A stretch of DNA of 64,000 bases from Podarcis erhardii (lineage: Eukaryota): the NCBI GenBank assembly GCA_964252035.1, contig OZ176204.1; one strand, written 5' to 3'. Under the pieces are notes generated by a model that searched no databases, was not told the DNA's origin, and was given only the letters and a program-made list of their open reading frames with translations. Below, piece after piece: positions 61,176 to 64,000 of the stretch. Position numbers and translations under genes: made by a program. The stretch's first letter is position 1; the number at the start of each line of letters is the position of its first letter.

Positions 61176-61399
61176 ATGATTACTAAAGAAAGGTAGATAA
61201 ATTAATTCTATTATTTGCTTTGAACTTCAGTGTGAAAGATGGCGGGCAGGTGCTATGTCTCATTCCCCCACTGACCCCAAGAAAGGTATCTGAAAAACAA
61301 AGCTAAATAGAAGTGACGAAAACTGAAGTTGTAGAACTATCTACAAATCACTGGGTCCAATTGAATATTTTCTAACAAAAATATTAAATTTGTTTAAAA

Positions 61400-61552
61400 T
61401 TCAGCTGACAGGAAGGTAACTAATGAAACATTGATTTGCAAAAGGGTTTAAGAGGAAAGGCCATTGCCTTAAATATATTAGAGCTATTATTATGCAACAT
61501 AGAAGAACATGCCTTGCTGAGAGAGAATCAACATGGCTTCTCCAAAAGGGCT
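61400..61552 (+). mobile_element. Degraded CR1 ORF2 fragment
   Basis: One frame reads IEEHALLRENQHGFSKR, resembling the CR1 RT-proximal NQHGF motif. Confidence 0.5.
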
Positions 61553-64000
61553 TTACATTGAACCTAGAAACAGCTGCTCTGGGCTTTAACATGAACCTGG
61601 AAACAAATGGGTAACCAGTGCATTTGTTTTCATCCTTCTGCCTCGCCTTCATTCTGGATGCTTCAAGTAATTGGGTCCCATAAAATGTCATAATTTCTAA
61701 TGTGGCTATTGTGGTAAAGTGATTTTGGGGGGTGAGTGGGGGCACTGATAGAGCTCCTTGCCAGAGACACAAGGGACCCTAGGTACACCTTTGTAAGAAC
61801 CAGTGCTGCTAAAGCTTTACACCAGTATTTATTTGTTTTTGGAAAATAAATAGTGAAACAATTCCCCCACCCAAATCAACAATGCAATGAAATTTTCTAG
61901 TGCTTTCCAACTGTTTCTGTCTATTTGATACTGCTACCTCCAATGTGAGTATACCATACAGTGGTATAATCATTATGGCAGATGTAAGAGCCTTTGTAGC
62001 ATGTTAATAGCCCCGGCTAAGTTTTGGGTTTGTTTATCACTGATATAGTAGTTCTCCTGTTTTATGATCTATGTTTATAATTGTGGTTTTAATTAACTGT
62101 TATATCCTGACCTGGGGTTGCTTTGTAATGCAGGGCAGGCTAAAAATATTTTAAAATAAATAAATTGGTAACACCTGGATTCCTACTCTCTTTTATTGTA
62201 GAATGAAACTTCATTCATATGGTCAAGAAACTAAAGTTCTCTTTCACATTTTTTTCAAGACTAAATTGTAATGCATGAGGCCCTTAGGCTTGAGGACAGC
62301 TGAGCATACCCTGTGTCAGACTGTTTTAAGGCTGGTTGTCTGGTGGCAGAGAGGTAGGATCACATGTTTTTGTTCAGCAATAAACTGTCCATGTTACGGG
62401 GAGGCTGCAGATGTGAGAGTCTTTTTATATTGGCTCTTCAATGTCACTTGATTTCTCGGGCCAGGAAAATTATGAGGTGGTGTGAGAATGCCCTAGCTAT
62501 AATTACCGTAGACTGTAATCTCAAAGCTCTTTTGTCTATGTATGCATATCCAATTTCCAAGAATACTTTGCAAGTGAACTGTACCAGATTTACTCTACTA
62601 TGTGTACAGGGTCTTCTTGGGGTTGGGATGTGTGGATGTTCTGTGTAACCTTGAAGCCAAGCATTGTCAATTCTTGATTTATTTGAGCAAAAGTGTTAAG
62701 GAGCATTCATACACAGGAAAAAGTAACTTGCCTTGAGACTTTGTGCCCAATGAGAGCACAATCCAATGTGTGCAGTTTTTGTTAACCATTAGCTCAAGCT
62801 CCTGAAAATAATGGGAGCCTTGGCCAACAAAAATAAAGGCTTTAAGGGAAGTACAAACCGCTGTACTAGGAATGTGCCCCTTTCTAGAGTGTTGCTCCCA
62901 AAAGGAACACTTTGTTCCGCGGAATCTGTGGCTGAAGCCTCAAAGTAAACTGTAGTTACCAAGTAAATAAATCTCTTGGCACCCAACTAAGCTTTTACAT
63001 TCTAGGAAAATGAATATTAACATCCTTGCTTGTGGCAGCGTGCCTCTGATACAGCCTTGACCCATGCTAGGAAAGATTAAGTCAGAAGACTTTTCAGCAT
63101 CTGCTAGCTAGACAACAGTGGTGCCAGGACTCTGGGCAGACGTCCAGGACCCCACTTGGCAAAATGAACAAGAGGGATGGCTTACCACATGTTGAAGTAA
63201 AAGCCCATTAAGGACAAAGTCTAAAATTACCTAACCACCACTGTTCAACAAGTGCTGCCTTTTGCAAAACACAGGCCCAATCCTTCAGAATACGACTGAG
63301 CAAACCGTTATAAATTTGTGCCATTTGGGTAATAAGCTAATTATTTTGCATATCTATGTGGGTTGGGAAATTAGCTATGTCTTTCCTGCTATCAGGATCT
63401 CTTCCTTCATATTCCCGTTGATTCTAGTGAGTTTGTGAAGACTGCTTGCTACTCCTATCATCTTCCTAAACCTTTTGTCAGCTGCACTTCCCAGACATAC
63501 CAAGATGGTGATGATGATATTTTGCCTCCTGCACATTTTCCTTGAAGTGTTAACACCTTACCCCACAACACAACATTTTACCACTTCTGCTTAGGTATTG
63601 TGTTCTGACACATCTTCTGTCAGCTAGAATTTATGTGCACGTAAATACTTTTTAATTGATGTATTAGATTAATTTAGGGGCCCCCAACTTTTGTTGGGCC
63701 AAGGAACACATCTGGAAATCTAACTTGTGGACACCACACAATACTGCTTTCACAGAAGAGAAACTGACACTGCTCAGAACTCCCACTCCAAAACCAGGCA
63801 AATCACACAAACACACCAGTCAAAACACAAAAAGCAGGCAACAACAACCCCCTGCCCAAAGGCAAACCCCCGCAACCAAACAGCTGACACAAATACACCA
63901 ATACAATTCATTTAAAAAATTGACCAGGGGACTGGTGGACGGCAAGGGCAGTGCCATCCTGGGACCCCAGATTTAATAGTTTGTTATATAGTGTAGGTCT

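Noticed and set aside
62789-62986. 65-aa minus ORF as an INA or novel exon
   Set aside because: No similarity to the alpha-internexin tail that I can recognise, and no convincing splice context.

Overview
Vertebrate genomic DNA, most likely a squamate (lacertid-type) lizard judging from its SINE, CR1, BovB, L1 and Penelope repeats. The window holds four genes in the conserved order seen in human 10q24.33. PDCD11/RRP5 (minus strand) has 18 coding exons here and runs off the left edge. ATP5MK/USMG5 (plus, 59 aa) is head-to-head with it. TAF5 (minus, 11 exons, 804 aa) is complete, and PCGF6 (plus, 10 exons, 328 aa) is complete and divergent from TAF5. Exons were assembled by hand from splice signals, phase continuity and remembered human protein sequences; no database search was run. 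Most notable observations: (1) a Penelope-derived insertion between the divergent TAF5 and PCGF6 promoters carries six identical 49-bp tandem copies of a minimal type I hammerhead ribozyme motif on the minus strand plus a seventh on the plus strand; (2) three more copies of this short element (single, fold-back or palindromic) occur, and intact ones share a boundary at the ribozyme; (3) a young sense-strand L1 fragment just after PDCD11 exon 6 is in frame with that exon and brings its own polyA signal; (4) PDCD11 intron 15 looks like a U12 intron; (5) three MITEs are nested with a readable insertion order. All functional interpretations are untested inferences.
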